Notes: generated by a model from the sequence alone, not told the origin. A DNA stretch of 64,000 bases from Zetaproteobacteria bacterium (GCA_003696765.1 RFFX01000005.1:24169-88168), one strand, 5' to 3'. Numbered from the stretch's first letter, positions 33,300 through 43,755 are shown. Translations and numbers: made by a program.

Positions 33300-35291
33300 A
33301 TGGAGACGACCCTGAACAGCGCCGAGTTGCTCACCATCCCGCTGCTGCCGCTGATCGCGGCGCTGGTGGTCGGGCTTGCCGGCAGACGGCTGGGCGATGC
33401 ACTGTCGCACTGGATCTGCTGCGTCGGCGTGATCCTCTCGGCGCTGCTCTCGCTCCATGTCTTCGCCCAGGTGGCCGATGGCGCCGGCTTCTACGGCAAC
33501 TTCTGGGAGTGGATCCTCTCCGACGGGCTGCGCGTGCCGGTCGGCATGATGATCGACCCGCTGACCGCGGTGATGATGATCACCGTGACCATCGTCTCCG
33601 CCTGTGTCCACGTCTACACCATCGGCTACATGCACGGCGATCCGGGCTACAGCCGCTTCTTCTCCTACATCTCCGGCTTCACCTTCTCCATGCTGGTGCT
33701 GGTGATGGGCAACAACTTCTTCACCCTCTTCTTCGGCTGGGAGGCGGTGGGGCTCTTCTCCTACCTGCTGATCGGCTTCTGGTTCAAGCGGGAGAGCGCC
33801 ACCTTCGCCGCACTCAAGGCCTTCATCGTCAACCGGGTGGGCGACTTCGGCTTCGCCATCGGCATCCTCGCCGTCTGGTACTACTTCGGCACCGTCGAGT
33901 ACCGCGAGGTCTTCGACGCCATGCCCGGATTCCTCGCCCGCCACTACACCCTCGGGCTGATGGGCCACGAGATGAGCGCCATCACCTTCATCTGTCTGGC
34001 GCTGTTCGTCGGCGCGATGGGCAAGAGCGCCCAGATCCCGCTCCATGTCTGGCTGCCCGATTCGATGGAGGGTCCGACACCGATCTCCGCCCTCATCCAC
34101 GCCGCCACCATGGTCACCGCCGGCGTCTTCATGGTCGCCCGGCTCTCGCCGATGTTCGAGTTCTCCGAGACCGCGCTGGCCGTGGTGACCATCACCGGCG
34201 CGCTCACCGCCTGGATCTGCGCCACCATCGGCCTGGTGCAGAACGACATCAAGCGGGTGATCGCCTACTCGACCTGCTCGCAGCTCGGCTACATGTTCGT
34301 CGCCTGCGGGGTGTCGGCCTACTCGGTCGGCATCTTCCACCTGATGACCCACGCCTGGTTCAAGGGGCTGCTCTTCCTCGCCGCCGGCTCGGTGATCCAC
34401 GCGGTGATGGCCGATCAGGACATCCGCCGCATGGGGCAGTTGCGCAAGTACATGCCGATCACCTACGCCACCATGCTGATCGGCGCGCTCGCTCTGGCCG
34501 GGGTGCCGCCCTTCGCCGGCTTCTGGTCCAAGGATCTGATCATCGAATCGGCGGCGGTGCGCCACATGAGCTGGGGAATCAGCGGCTTCGCCTACTGGGC
34601 GCTGCTCACCGGCGTCTTCTTCACCGCCTTCTACACCTTCCGCATGTTCTTCCTCACCTTCCACAACTCCGACCGGGTGCCGGCCGAAACCAAGGCCCAC
34701 CTGCATGAGTCGCCCAAGGTGATCACCGTGCCGCTGATCATCCTCGCCGTTGGCGCGGCACTCACCGGCTGGTGGGGGGCGGAGGTGCTCAACCTGCCCG
34801 GTGAGGGGGGCGAGGGCTTCTTCGGCGATGCCATCTTCGTGCTGGCCGCGCACAACCCGATCGCCCGCCTCGAGGCGCTGGAGGAGGCGCACGCCACCGG
34901 ATTCTGGCTGGAGGGCGGCGCGCTGATCTTCGCCGCGCTGGGCATCGGGCTCGCCTGGCTGATGTACTTCCGCGAGAGCCCGCTGCCGGCGAGGATCGCC
35001 GCGCGATTCCCGGGCGTTCATCGCTTCCTGCTGGAGAAGTGGCGTTTCGACGAGCTCTACTGGGCGATCTTCGTCGTGCCGGCGCGCAACGCCGGCCGCT
35101 TCCTGTGGCAGCAGGCCGATCTGGCACTGATCGACCGCGGCGTCATCCACACGGTGATCATCGACTCGATCGCCCGCGCCGCCGGCTGGCTGCGCCGGCT
35201 GCAGACCGGTTTCGTCTACCACTACGCATTCGCCATGGTGCTCGGCCTCTTCGGCCTGCTCACCTGGCTGGCCGCCGGCGGCGGATCATGA
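33300..35291 (+). CDS. nuoL: NADH-quinone oxidoreductase subunit L
   Basis: 663 aa. It is an Mrp-antiporter-like subunit with the WLPDSMEGPTPISALIHAATMVTAG motif and a long C-terminal amphipathic extension. Confidence 0.95.
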   Translation: METTLNSAELLTIPLLPLIAALVVGLAGRRLGDALSHWICCVGVILSALLSLHVFAQVADGAGFYGNFWEWILSDGLRVPVGMMIDPLTAVMMITVTIVSACVHVYTIGYMHGDPGYSRFFSYISGFTFSMLVLVMGNNFFTLFFGWEAVGLFSYLLIGFWFKRESATFAALKAFIVNRVGDFGFAIGILAVWYYFGTVEYREVFDAMPGFLARHYTLGLMGHEMSAITFICLALFVGAMGKSAQIPLHVWLPDSMEGPTPISALIHAATMVTAGVFMVARLSPMFEFSETALAVVTITGALTAWICATIGLVQNDIKRVIAYSTCSQLGYMFVACGVSAYSVGIFHLMTHAWFKGLLFLAAGSVIHAVMADQDIRRMGQLRKYMPITYATMLIGALALAGVPPFAGFWSKDLIIESAAVRHMSWGISGFAYWALLTGVFFTAFYTFRMFFLTFHNSDRVPAETKAHLHESPKVITVPLIILAVGAALTGWWGAEVLNLPGEGGEGFFGDAIFVLAAHNPIARLEALEEAHATGFWLEGGALIFAALGIGLAWLMYFRESPLPARIAARFPGVHRFLLEKWRFDELYWAIFVVPARNAGRFLWQQADLALIDRGVIHTVIIDSIARAAGWLRRLQTGFVYHYAFAMVLGLFGLLTWLAAGGGS

Positions 35292-36868
35292 ACACCATCC
35301 ATATCCTCGGCATCCCGATCCTCACCCTCTCCATCTTCCTGCCGACGGCGGGGGCGGCGGCCATCTGGCTCTTCGCCCGCAACGACGATCAGGTGCGCTG
35401 GGGGGCGCTGATCACCTCCACGCTCACCTTCCTGGTCACCCTGCCGCTGGCCCTCGCCTTCGACACCACCACCGCGAAGATGCAGTTCGAGGAGCTCCAT
35501 CCCTGGATCGAGAGCTTCCACATCCACTACCACCTGGGCGTCGACGGCATCTCCATGCCCTTCATCCTGCTGACCAGCCTGCTGACCGTGATCTGCGTGG
35601 TCTCGGCCTGGGAGTGCATCCAGGATCGGGTTCGCGGCTACATGATCGCCTTCCTGGTGCTGGAGACGACGCTGATCGGCGTCTTCGCCGCGCTGGACGC
35701 GGTGCTGTTCTACTTCTTCTGGGAGGCGATGCTCATCCCGATGTTCATCATCATCGGCATCTGGGGGGGCAAGAACCGCGTCTACGCCACGCTCAAGTTC
35801 TTCCTCTACACCTTCGCCGGCTCGGTGCTGATGCTGATCGCGCTGCTCGCCATGTACTTCAAGGCCGGCCACACCTTCGAAATCCTCGACTACATGAACT
35901 ACCCGTTCGACTTCGGCTGGCAGTTCTGGATCTGGCTCGGCTTCTTCGTCGCCTTCGCCGTCAAGGTGCCGATGTGGCCGGTCCACACCTGGCTGCCCGA
36001 CGCCCACACCGAGGCGCCGACCGCAGGATCGGTGATTCTGGCCGGCATCCTGCTGAAGATGGGCGCCTACGGCTTTTTGCGCTTCTCGCTGCCCATCTGC
36101 CCCGACGCCTCGCAGTACTTCGTGCCGATGATGGTGGCGCTCTCCCTGATCGCCATCGTCTACATTTCGCTGGTGGCGATGATGCAGAAGGACATGAAGC
36201 GGCTGATCGCCTACTCCTCGATCGCCCACATGGGCTACGTCACGCTGGGCACCTTCATGTTCACCCAGCAGGCGCTGGAGGGGGCGGTGGTCAACATGAT
36301 CAGCCACGGATTCGTCGCCGCCGCCCTGTTCCTTTGCGTCGGGGTGATGTACGACCGACTGCACACGCGTGAGATCGCCGCCTACGGCGGGGTGGCCAAT
36401 GTCATGCCCCGCTTCGCGCTGGTCATGATGGTCTTCGCCATGGCCAACGTGGCGCTGCTCGGCACCTCCGCCTTCATCGGCGAAATCCTGGTGTTGATCG
36501 GCACCTTCAACGCCGACCCGGCATCCCTCTCTCTCTCGGCCAAGTGGGTGGCCATCGCCGCGGCGAGCAGCGTGGTGCTGTCGGCCTGCTACATGTTGTG
36601 GATGGTCAAGCGGGTCATCTTCGGCGACATCGTCAACGAACCGGTCAAGACGATGCCGGAGATGAACCTGCGCGAGACCCTCTACTTCTTGCCGCTGATC
36701 GCGCTGGTCGTCTGGTTGGGGCTCTACCCGGTGCCGGTGCTCGACTGGCTCCACCCCACCGTCGCCCACCTGGTCGAGCAGGCAACCAGCAGCAAGCTGG
36801 CCGCGGCCGATGCGGCGGCCCGGATCGGGACGCTGATGCAGAGCACGGCGACGACGGGGGGGATGTAA
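35288..36868 (+). CDS. nuoM: NADH-quinone oxidoreductase subunit M
   Basis: ATGA overlap with nuoL. The product is 526 aa and contains WLPDAHTEAPTAGSVILAGILLKMG. Confidence 0.95.
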   Translation: MNTIHILGIPILTLSIFLPTAGAAAIWLFARNDDQVRWGALITSTLTFLVTLPLALAFDTTTAKMQFEELHPWIESFHIHYHLGVDGISMPFILLTSLLTVICVVSAWECIQDRVRGYMIAFLVLETTLIGVFAALDAVLFYFFWEAMLIPMFIIIGIWGGKNRVYATLKFFLYTFAGSVLMLIALLAMYFKAGHTFEILDYMNYPFDFGWQFWIWLGFFVAFAVKVPMWPVHTWLPDAHTEAPTAGSVILAGILLKMGAYGFLRFSLPICPDASQYFVPMMVALSLIAIVYISLVAMMQKDMKRLIAYSSIAHMGYVTLGTFMFTQQALEGAVVNMISHGFVAAALFLCVGVMYDRLHTREIAAYGGVANVMPRFALVMMVFAMANVALLGTSAFIGEILVLIGTFNADPASLSLSAKWVAIAAASSVVLSACYMLWMVKRVIFGDIVNEPVKTMPEMNLRETLYFLPLIALVVWLGLYPVPVLDWLHPTVAHLVEQATSSKLAAADAAARIGTLMQSTATTGGM

Positions 36869-36874
36869 GCCGCC

Positions 36875-38335
36875 ATGTCCAGGATCACCTTTCCCTTCCC
36901 CGCCCCCGAACACCTCTCGATCATGGTGCCGGAGATCTTCATCGCGATCCTGGCCATGGCCATCCTGTTGTGGGGGCTCTTCCTGCCCAGAGGCCGCAGC
37001 GACGGCGCCGCCTGGGCGGCCGCCGCCGGGTGCGCCGCCGCCATCCCGATGGTGCTCTCGCAGGCCGGCGCCATCGGGCTGACCACCTTCTACGGCTTCT
37101 TCATCCTCGACCCCTTCGCCGTCTACGCCAAGCTGATCCTGATCCTCTCCACCCTGTTCGCGATCGTCATCTCCATCGACTACATGCGCCGCGAGGAGCA
37201 CGCCTGCGAGTATTATGCGCTGATGCTCTTCGCCCTGCTCGGCATGATGTTCATGATCTCGGCGACCAACTTCGTCATGATGTACCTCGGCGTCGAGCTG
37301 ATGGCGCTGGCCGTCTACGTGCTGGTCGCCTACCAGCGCGAGCTGCTGCGCTCCCCGGAGGCGGCGCTGAAGTACTTCATCCTCGGCTCGCTCTCCTCCG
37401 GGATGATGCTCTACGGCATGTCGTTCCTCTACGGCATCAGCGGCCACCTCGACTTCCAGGCGGTGGGGATCGCCCTGCAGGGGGTGGAGCAGGGTCGCTT
37501 CGCCATGCAGCTGGGCATGCTCTTCGTGCTGATCGGCCTCGGCTTCAAGCTCTCCATCGCACCGTTCCACATGTGGACGCCCGACGCCTACGAGGGGGCG
37601 CCCACACCGGTGACCGCCTTCATGTCGATCGCCCCCAAGGTGGCCGGTTTCGCGCTGTTCATCCGCTTCCTGATCGAGGCGATGCCCCCCTTGAGCACCG
37701 ACTACATCGCCGTGCTCGAGTGGCTGGCCGTGCTGACCATGGCGGTGGGCAACATCGCGGCCATCGCCCAGCGCAACATCAAGCGGATGCTCGCCTACTC
37801 GACCATCGGCCACGTCGGCTTCGTGCTGCTCGGGGTGATCGCCGCCAACGCCGACGGCTATGCCGGCGTACTCACCTACATGACCATCTACCTCTTCATG
37901 AACATGGGCGCCTTCGCCATCATCACCATGATGCGGCGCGACGGCTTCGAGGGTGAGCTGATCGAGGATTACGCCGGCATGGCCCGGGTCCGCCCGGTCT
38001 ATGCGCTGGCCATGGGGCTGTTGATGTTCTCGCTCGCCGGCATCCCCTTCCTCGGCGGCTTCTGGGCCAAGTACGCCGTCTTCCTCGCCGCGGTCGAGGC
38101 CGGCCACCTGCGGCTGGCCCTGATCGCGCTGCTCTTCTCGGTGGTCGGCGCCTTCTACTACCTGCGGGTGGTCAAGCGGATCTACTTCGACCAGCCCAAG
38201 GGCGATTTCGTCCTGCAGGAGTGCAACTCCATGCAGGTGGTGGTCGCCGTCTCCACCCTGATGGTGGTGCTGCTCGGCCTCTTCCCCGGCCCGTTGATGG
38301 CGCTGTGCCACCAGGCGCTCACCGGCCTGATCTGA
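36875..38335 (+). CDS. nuoN: NADH-quinone oxidoreductase subunit N
   Basis: 486 aa. It contains FHMWTPDAYEGAPTPVTAFMS and is the last gene of the operon. Confidence 0.95.
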   Translation: MSRITFPFPAPEHLSIMVPEIFIAILAMAILLWGLFLPRGRSDGAAWAAAAGCAAAIPMVLSQAGAIGLTTFYGFFILDPFAVYAKLILILSTLFAIVISIDYMRREEHACEYYALMLFALLGMMFMISATNFVMMYLGVELMALAVYVLVAYQRELLRSPEAALKYFILGSLSSGMMLYGMSFLYGISGHLDFQAVGIALQGVEQGRFAMQLGMLFVLIGLGFKLSIAPFHMWTPDAYEGAPTPVTAFMSIAPKVAGFALFIRFLIEAMPPLSTDYIAVLEWLAVLTMAVGNIAAIAQRNIKRMLAYSTIGHVGFVLLGVIAANADGYAGVLTYMTIYLFMNMGAFAIITMMRRDGFEGELIEDYAGMARVRPVYALAMGLLMFSLAGIPFLGGFWAKYAVFLAAVEAGHLRLALIALLFSVVGAFYYLRVVKRIYFDQPKGDFVLQECNSMQVVVAVSTLMVVLLGLFPGPLMALCHQALTGLI

Positions 38336-38357
38336 CCGGCGCGCCGCCCCGGAGCGC

Positions 38358-39731
38358 ATGACCGGCCTCCGCACCGCGCCGGCAGGGCCACGCAGCGCCG
38401 CGCGCAACCCCTCCGCCCTCTTCATCAAGACCTACGGCTGCCAGATGAACAGCTACGACTCCGAGCGCATGGCAGCGCTGATGGAGTCGACCTTCGGCCT
38501 GCGGCTGGTCGCCGCGCCGGAGGAGGCCGACGTCATCCTGATGAACACCTGCTCGGTACGGGAGAAGGCCGAGGAGAAGGTCTACTCCGAGCTCGGCCGC
38601 TACCGCAGGCTCAAACAGAAGCGCCCCCACCTGATCATCGGTGTGGGCGGCTGCGTCGCCCAGCAGGAGGGGGCGCGCATCCAGCAGCGGGCGCCGTTCG
38701 TCGATCTGGTCTTCGGGCCGCAGAGCTACCACCGGCTGCCGGAGATGATCCACCGCATCCGGCGCGAACGGGTGCCGATCGCCGATGTGGAGCTGCCGGA
38801 GATCGAGAAGTTCGACCACCTGCCGCGGCCGCGCGGCCGCGGCTGCAGCCGTTTCGTCACCGTCATGGAGGGGTGCGACAAGTTCTGCACCTTCTGTGTC
38901 GTCCCCTACACCCGCGGCGAGGAGCGCTCCCGCCCGGTGGCCGACATCCTCGCCGAGTGCCGGGCACTGCTGGATGAAGGCGCCGTCGAGATCACCCTGC
39001 TCGGCCAGAATGTCAACGGCTACCGCGGCATCGGCCCGGACGGCGAGGTGTGGGACTTCGCCGCCCTACTCTTCGCGGTGGCCGAGCTGCCCGGCCTGCT
39101 GCGGCTGCGCTTCACCACCAGCCACCCGCTGGAGGTGGACGACGGGCTGATCGAGGCCTTCGCCGAGCTGCCGCAGCTGATGCCCTACCTCCATCTGCCG
39201 CTGCAGTCGGGCTCCGATGCCATCCTCAAGGCGATGCACCGCGGCCACACCGCCGACGACTACCTGCGCATCGTCGAACGGCTGCGTGCCGCCAGAGACG
39301 ACCTGGCCCTCTCCTCCGACTTCATCGTCGGCTTCCCCGGCGAGCGCGACGAGGATTTCGCCGCCACCCTGCGCATGGTGCGCACGGTCGGCTTCGACTC
39401 CGCCTTCTGCTTCGCCTACTCGCCCCGCCCCGGCACTCCGGCGGCCGGGCTGGCCGATCCGGTGCCCGACGAGATCAAGCAGGCGCGGCTGGCCGAGTTG
39501 CTGGCGCTGATGAAGGAGCAGACTCAGGCGGCGTTGACCCGGCAGGTGGGCAAAACCCTGCCGGTGCTGTTCGACGGCCGCGGCCGACGCGACGGCGATC
39601 TCGTCGGCCGCACGCCCGATTTCAAGATCGTCCACGCACGGGGCGGCAGCCGTCTGATCGGCCACGAGATCCCCGTCACCATCACCCGCGCCTACGGGCA
39701 GTCGCTCCGGGGCGAAATCCCGCGGGAGTAG
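38358..39731 (+). CDS. miaB: tRNA-2-methylthio-N6-dimethylallyladenosine synthase
   Basis: 457 aa. The UPF0004 domain has FIKTYGCQMNSYDSE. The radical-SAM motif is CDKFCTFCVVPYTRG. A C-terminal TRAM domain is present. Confidence 0.93.
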   Translation: MTGLRTAPAGPRSAARNPSALFIKTYGCQMNSYDSERMAALMESTFGLRLVAAPEEADVILMNTCSVREKAEEKVYSELGRYRRLKQKRPHLIIGVGGCVAQQEGARIQQRAPFVDLVFGPQSYHRLPEMIHRIRRERVPIADVELPEIEKFDHLPRPRGRGCSRFVTVMEGCDKFCTFCVVPYTRGEERSRPVADILAECRALLDEGAVEITLLGQNVNGYRGIGPDGEVWDFAALLFAVAELPGLLRLRFTTSHPLEVDDGLIEAFAELPQLMPYLHLPLQSGSDAILKAMHRGHTADDYLRIVERLRAARDDLALSSDFIVGFPGERDEDFAATLRMVRTVGFDSAFCFAYSPRPGTPAAGLADPVPDEIKQARLAELLALMKEQTQAALTRQVGKTLPVLFDGRGRRDGDLVGRTPDFKIVHARGGSRLIGHEIPVTITRAYGQSLRGEIPRE

Positions 39732-39800
39732 GCCGCCATCACGTCGGAGCGGGAGCAAACCACCATCGCGCTCAGGCTCGAAGGGCTGGGCAACGAGGCG

Positions 39801-40700
39801 TTGGCCGCCCTCTGCGGCCGGGAGCACGACACCCTGCGGCGGATCGAGGCCCGCTTCGACGTGCGGATCACCGGCGCGGTCGGCGACTGGCGCATCTGCG
39901 GCGCACAGGCCGAGGCCGCCGCCGGCGCGCTGCGGGCCATGGCCGGGCGGGTGCGTGACGGGGGCGTACTGCCGCCGGACGAGGTCGAGCAGATCATGCA
40001 CACAGCCGGTGACGCGACGGAGGAGGGGGAGGCCGACGACGACGGGCCGCTGATCGAGGCCGGCCGCCGGCAGGTGCGGGGCAAGTCGCCCAACCAGCGC
40101 CGCTATCTGCAGGCGATGGCCGGGCAGATCCTCACCCTGGCGGTGGGTCCTGCGGGAACCGGCAAGACCTGGCTGGCGGTGGCCTGCGCGGTGCGCGACC
40201 TGCTCACCGAGCGGGTCGACCGCATCATCCTCACCCGCCCGGCGATCGAGGCGGGCGAGCGGCTGGGCTTCCTCCCCGGCGACATGCAGCAGAAGGTCGA
40301 TCCCTACCTCAGGCCGCTGTTCGACGCGCTGGGAGAGATGCTGGGCGGTGAGCGCATGGCCCGGCTGCAGAGCGAGGGGCGCATCGAGATCGCCCCGCTG
40401 GCCTACATGCGCGGCCGCACCCTCAACGACGCCTTCATCATCCTCGACGAGGCACAGAATACCACCCGTACCCAGATGAAGATGTTCCTCACCCGGCTCG
40501 GCTTCGGCGCCCGCATGGTGGTCACCGGCGACATCTCGCAGATCGACCTGCCGCACCCGGAGGAGAGCGGGCTGCTGCATGCCATCCAGCTGCTCGGCGG
40601 CATCGAGGGGGTGGCCGTCTGCCGGATGGAACAGCGCGACGTGGTGCGCCACCGGCTGGTGGCCGAGATCATCGCCGCCTACGAACGAGCGGATGGGTGA
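39801..40700 (+). CDS. phoH: PhoH-like ATPase (YbeZ)
   Basis: It has Walker A GPAGTGKTWLAVA, RPAIEAGERLGFLPGD and DEAQNTT. The track start is TTG 39801, but family-like sequence continues upstream to the miaB stop, so the true start is unresolved. Confidence 0.85.
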   Translation: MAALCGREHDTLRRIEARFDVRITGAVGDWRICGAQAEAAAGALRAMAGRVRDGGVLPPDEVEQIMHTAGDATEEGEADDDGPLIEAGRRQVRGKSPNQRRYLQAMAGQILTLAVGPAGTGKTWLAVACAVRDLLTERVDRIILTRPAIEAGERLGFLPGDMQQKVDPYLRPLFDALGEMLGGERMARLQSEGRIEIAPLAYMRGRTLNDAFIILDEAQNTTRTQMKMFLTRLGFGARMVVTGDISQIDLPHPEESGLLHAIQLLGGIEGVAVCRMEQRDVVRHRLVAEIIAAYERADG

Positions 40701-40770
40701 CGGCCACCGGCGGGGCCCATCGGCGGATGCGGCCGCTTTCGTGGCGGCGGAGAAACCGGACAACCAATCG

Positions 40771-41241
40771 ATGATCGACATCCTGCACGACCAGCCGTGG
40801 CAGGGGCTGCCCGACGACGGGGCGCTCCGGCGCGCGGTGGCCGCCGCCGCCGAGGCGGCCTGCGGGCGGCCGATCGATGGAGACGGCCTCGATCTCTGCC
40901 TGCGGCTGGCCGACGATCAAGCGGTGGCGGCGCTCAACCGGCGCTGGCGCGGGGTCGACCAGGCCACCGACGTGCTCGCCTTCCCGCAGCAGGAGGGGGC
41001 GATCGATCCCGCCGCACCGCTGGGCGACATCATCGTCGCCGTCCCCTTCCTGCGCCGCGAGGCGGCCCGTCTCGGCCTGCCGCCGGCCGATCATCTGATC
41101 CACCTCGTGGTCCACGCAACACTGCACCTCTTCGGCCACGACCACGCCGAAGCGGAGGAGACCAGGCGGATGCGCCTGCTGGAGAACCACATCATGCAAC
41201 GACTCGCCCTACACACCCCCTGGCCGGAGGCCGCCCAGTGA
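40771..41241 (+). CDS. ybeY: Endoribonuclease YbeY (16S rRNA maturation)
   Basis: ATG 40771 gives a 156-aa product with the zinc motif HATLHLFGHDH and TDVLAFP. Confidence 0.9.
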   Translation: MIDILHDQPWQGLPDDGALRRAVAAAAEAACGRPIDGDGLDLCLRLADDQAVAALNRRWRGVDQATDVLAFPQQEGAIDPAAPLGDIIVAVPFLRREAARLGLPPADHLIHLVVHATLHLFGHDHAEAEETRRMRLLENHIMQRLALHTPWPEAAQ

Positions 41242-42074
41242 GCGCCGGCGACGCCCCACCGACCGCCCGGCAACGGCTGCGCCGCTGGCTGCTGGAGCGG
41301 TTGCGCCCCGGCGAAGAGCCCAGTGAGCTGCGCTGGATCATCCGCCGCGCCGGGTCGATCCACTCCGAGACGCAGCGCACCATGCTCGAACAGATCTTGG
41401 AGCTGGACGACACCCGGGTGCGCGAGGTGATGACGCCGCGCTCGGAGATCGTCGCCCTCCAGCGCGACATGCGCCCGGACGAGGCGCGCGCGCTGATGGT
41501 CAAACACGGGGTGCGGCGCGCACCGTTGATCGACGGCGACCTCGACCGGGTGGTGGGGATGATCCACATCTGGGATCTGCTGCGCCAGCAGCTCGACCCG
41601 TCCGGCGAGCTCCCGTTGGACGAACTGGCCACCCCCGCGCTGGAGGTGGCCGAGCTGCAGCGCATCTCCAGCGCGCTGCAGGCGATGAAGAACCGCGTCC
41701 ATCTGGCGGTGGTGCGCGACGAATATGGCGGCGTCGCCGGCCTGGTCTCGCTCTCCGACCTGCTGGAGGAGATCGTCGGCCCGCTGATCGACGAGCGGCG
41801 CAACACCCCCGAACAGGCGATCGTGCGGCGCGCCGACGGCTGGCTGGAGGTGGCCTGCCGCACCCATGTCGAACAGCTGGAGGAGGCGCTGGAGCGTGAT
41901 CTGCCACGCGGCGACTTCGACACCGTCGGCGGGTTGATCCTAAGCCAATTGCAGCGCATCCCCAGGGCGGGCGAGCGGGTGCAGGCGGCGGGGCTCGACT
42001 GCCGCATCCTCGAGGCCGATCCCCGCCGGATCCTCCGCGTCGCCCTGCGTCCGATTTCGCCCCCCAAGGGGTGA
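41238..42074 (+). CDS. corC: CBS-pair / CorC_HlyC domain protein (CorC/YbeX-like)
   Basis: GTGA overlap with ybeY. It has a CBS pair (VREVMTPRSEIVAL) and a C-terminal transporter-associated domain. The position within phoH-ybeY-corC-lnt is conserved. Confidence 0.85.
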   Translation: MSAGDAPPTARQRLRRWLLERLRPGEEPSELRWIIRRAGSIHSETQRTMLEQILELDDTRVREVMTPRSEIVALQRDMRPDEARALMVKHGVRRAPLIDGDLDRVVGMIHIWDLLRQQLDPSGELPLDELATPALEVAELQRISSALQAMKNRVHLAVVRDEYGGVAGLVSLSDLLEEIVGPLIDERRNTPEQAIVRRADGWLEVACRTHVEQLEEALERDLPRGDFDTVGGLILSQLQRIPRAGERVQAAGLDCRILEADPRRILRVALRPISPPKG

Positions 42075-43546
42075 TCCGCGCCGTCCGCCCCCTCGCCGCC
42101 CTGCTCGCCGGAGCGGCGATGCAGTTCGGCTTCTCCCCCTATGCGCTCCGGCCGGTGGCCGTCGCCGCCCTCGCCTTGTGGCTCGCCCTGCTCGCCGACG
42201 GCCGCCGCCCCTTCGCATTGAGCTACGCCTTCGGCTTCGGCTGGTTCGGCATCGGCTCCTGGTGGCTGGCACCCACCTTCCACCACTACGGCCACCTGCC
42301 GTGGCCGCTCGCCATTGCCGCCCAGTCGCTGGCCGGCGGGGTGCTGGCCCTCTTCCCGGCGCTGCTCGGCTGGTCGGCGGTGCGTCTGGCCGGTGGTCGG
42401 CGCAGCGCGCTGCTGCTGCTGATCGCCCCGCTTACCCCGATCGAGGAGTGGTTGCGCGGCCATCTCTTCACCGGCCTGCCGTGGACCGGCCTCGGACTGC
42501 TCACCCTCGATACGCCGTGGATCGGCTGGGGGCAGATCGTCGGCGGGCTGGGGCTCGGCATCGTCCCGGTCATGCTGGCCGCGGCCGCCGCCGGCCTGCT
42601 CCACCACACCACCCGCCGCACGGCGGCCGCCCTGCTCGCCGCGGCGTTGCTGCTTACCGCCACCGCGCCCGCAATCGGCGTGCCGGCCGCGCCCGCGCTG
42701 CGTGTCGCGCTGATCCAGCCGAACATCCCCCAGGATGTGAAATGGGACCGCGACTGGCTGGTCACCACCATGCGGCGGCTACTCGGCCACTCCGCGCAGG
42801 CGGCGGATGCCGACCTGCTGGTCTGGCCGGAGGCGGCAACCCCCTTCTTCCTCTCCGATGCGCCGGGCTGGCGACAGGCGCTGGCCAGTGCGGTCACGCG
42901 CTGGCACACGCCACTGCTCTTCGGCGGCCTCAAGCGCACCGCGCACGACGGCGCGGCCAACGGCGCCTGGCTGATGCGCCCCGGGGATGCGCCGCCCCGC
43001 TTCGTCGGCAAACACCATCTGGTCCCCTTCGGCGAGTATGTGCCGGCATGGCTCCCCTGGCTGCACACGCTGGTGCCGGAGATCGGCGACTTCCGCCCGA
43101 CACACGATCGCGGCGTGCTCGCCGTCGACGACCGGATCAGGATCGGCGTGTTGATCTGCTACGAATCGATCTTCGCCGACGAGATGCGCCGGCGCATCGC
43201 CGGCGGCGCCGACCTGCTGGCAGTGCTGACCAACGACGCCTGGTACGGCCGCTCGCCCGCAGCCTGGCAGCATCTCGAGGCGGCGCGCATGCGCGCGGTG
43301 GAGAGCGAGCGCTTCGTGCTGCGCGCGGCCAACACCGGCGTCTCGGCGATCATCGCCCCCGACGGCGCCATCCGCGCCACGACCGACTGGTGGCGGCAGG
43401 CCACGGTCACGGGCACGGCGGTGCCGATCGGGCGCGTCACCCCCTACTGCCGGCTGGGCGACGCCCCGCTGCTGGCTGCAGCGCTGCTGATGGTCGTCGT
43501 CACCACATGGCGATTTCGCAGCCGCACCGTAGCATCGCCCGCTTGA
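42071..43546 (+). CDS. lnt: Apolipoprotein N-acyltransferase
   Basis: 491 aa. It has an N-terminal polytopic domain and a C-terminal CN-hydrolase domain (WPEAA..., VLICYES). It overlaps the corC stop. Confidence 0.9.
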   Translation: MIRAVRPLAALLAGAAMQFGFSPYALRPVAVAALALWLALLADGRRPFALSYAFGFGWFGIGSWWLAPTFHHYGHLPWPLAIAAQSLAGGVLALFPALLGWSAVRLAGGRRSALLLLIAPLTPIEEWLRGHLFTGLPWTGLGLLTLDTPWIGWGQIVGGLGLGIVPVMLAAAAAGLLHHTTRRTAAALLAAALLLTATAPAIGVPAAPALRVALIQPNIPQDVKWDRDWLVTTMRRLLGHSAQAADADLLVWPEAATPFFLSDAPGWRQALASAVTRWHTPLLFGGLKRTAHDGAANGAWLMRPGDAPPRFVGKHHLVPFGEYVPAWLPWLHTLVPEIGDFRPTHDRGVLAVDDRIRIGVLICYESIFADEMRRRIAGGADLLAVLTNDAWYGRSPAAWQHLEAARMRAVESERFVLRAANTGVSAIIAPDGAIRATTDWWRQATVTGTAVPIGRVTPYCRLGDAPLLAAALLMVVVTTWRFRSRTVASPA

Positions 43547-43584
43547 CCGAACCCACACCGGTTTGCACCGCAAGCCTATGGAGA

Positions 43585-43741
43585 CGATGGTTTCGCAAGA
43601 AACCACCATCGCGGCCACGGACGGTCGTACAAAACGGGAGCCCGCGCATACAAGCTGCTGTTTTGTAAGGGAACAGAAGAGCGCGTTCTTCGATCCCCGT
43701 CGAGCAAAAAGTCCACGGACGAACTTTTTGCGATCTGATCA
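43585..43741 (-). repeat. Five-hairpin repeat, single unit (E-D-C-B-A as read on +), upstream of the FKBP gene
   Basis: The sequence is cgatggtttcgcaagaaaccaccatcg, cggccacggacggtcg, acaaaac..gttttgt, ..gttcttcgatcccc, gcaaaaagtccacggacgaactttttgcgatctgatca. It ends 14 nt before ATG 43756. Confidence 0.85.
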
Positions 43742-43755
43742 ACGGAGCCCATATC

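Noticed and set aside
35222-38428. Very long antisense or out-of-frame ORFs. Examples are 35222..38428 (1068 aa), 7775..10126 (783 aa), 55966..58707 (913 aa), 58917..61814 (965 aa), 16382..18331 (649 aa) and 2263..3741.
   Set aside because: They are Arg/Gly/Pro/Asp/His-rich with no recognisable motifs. They lie opposite or out of frame to well-supported genes. This is typical of stop-codon-poor shadow frames in high-GC DNA.
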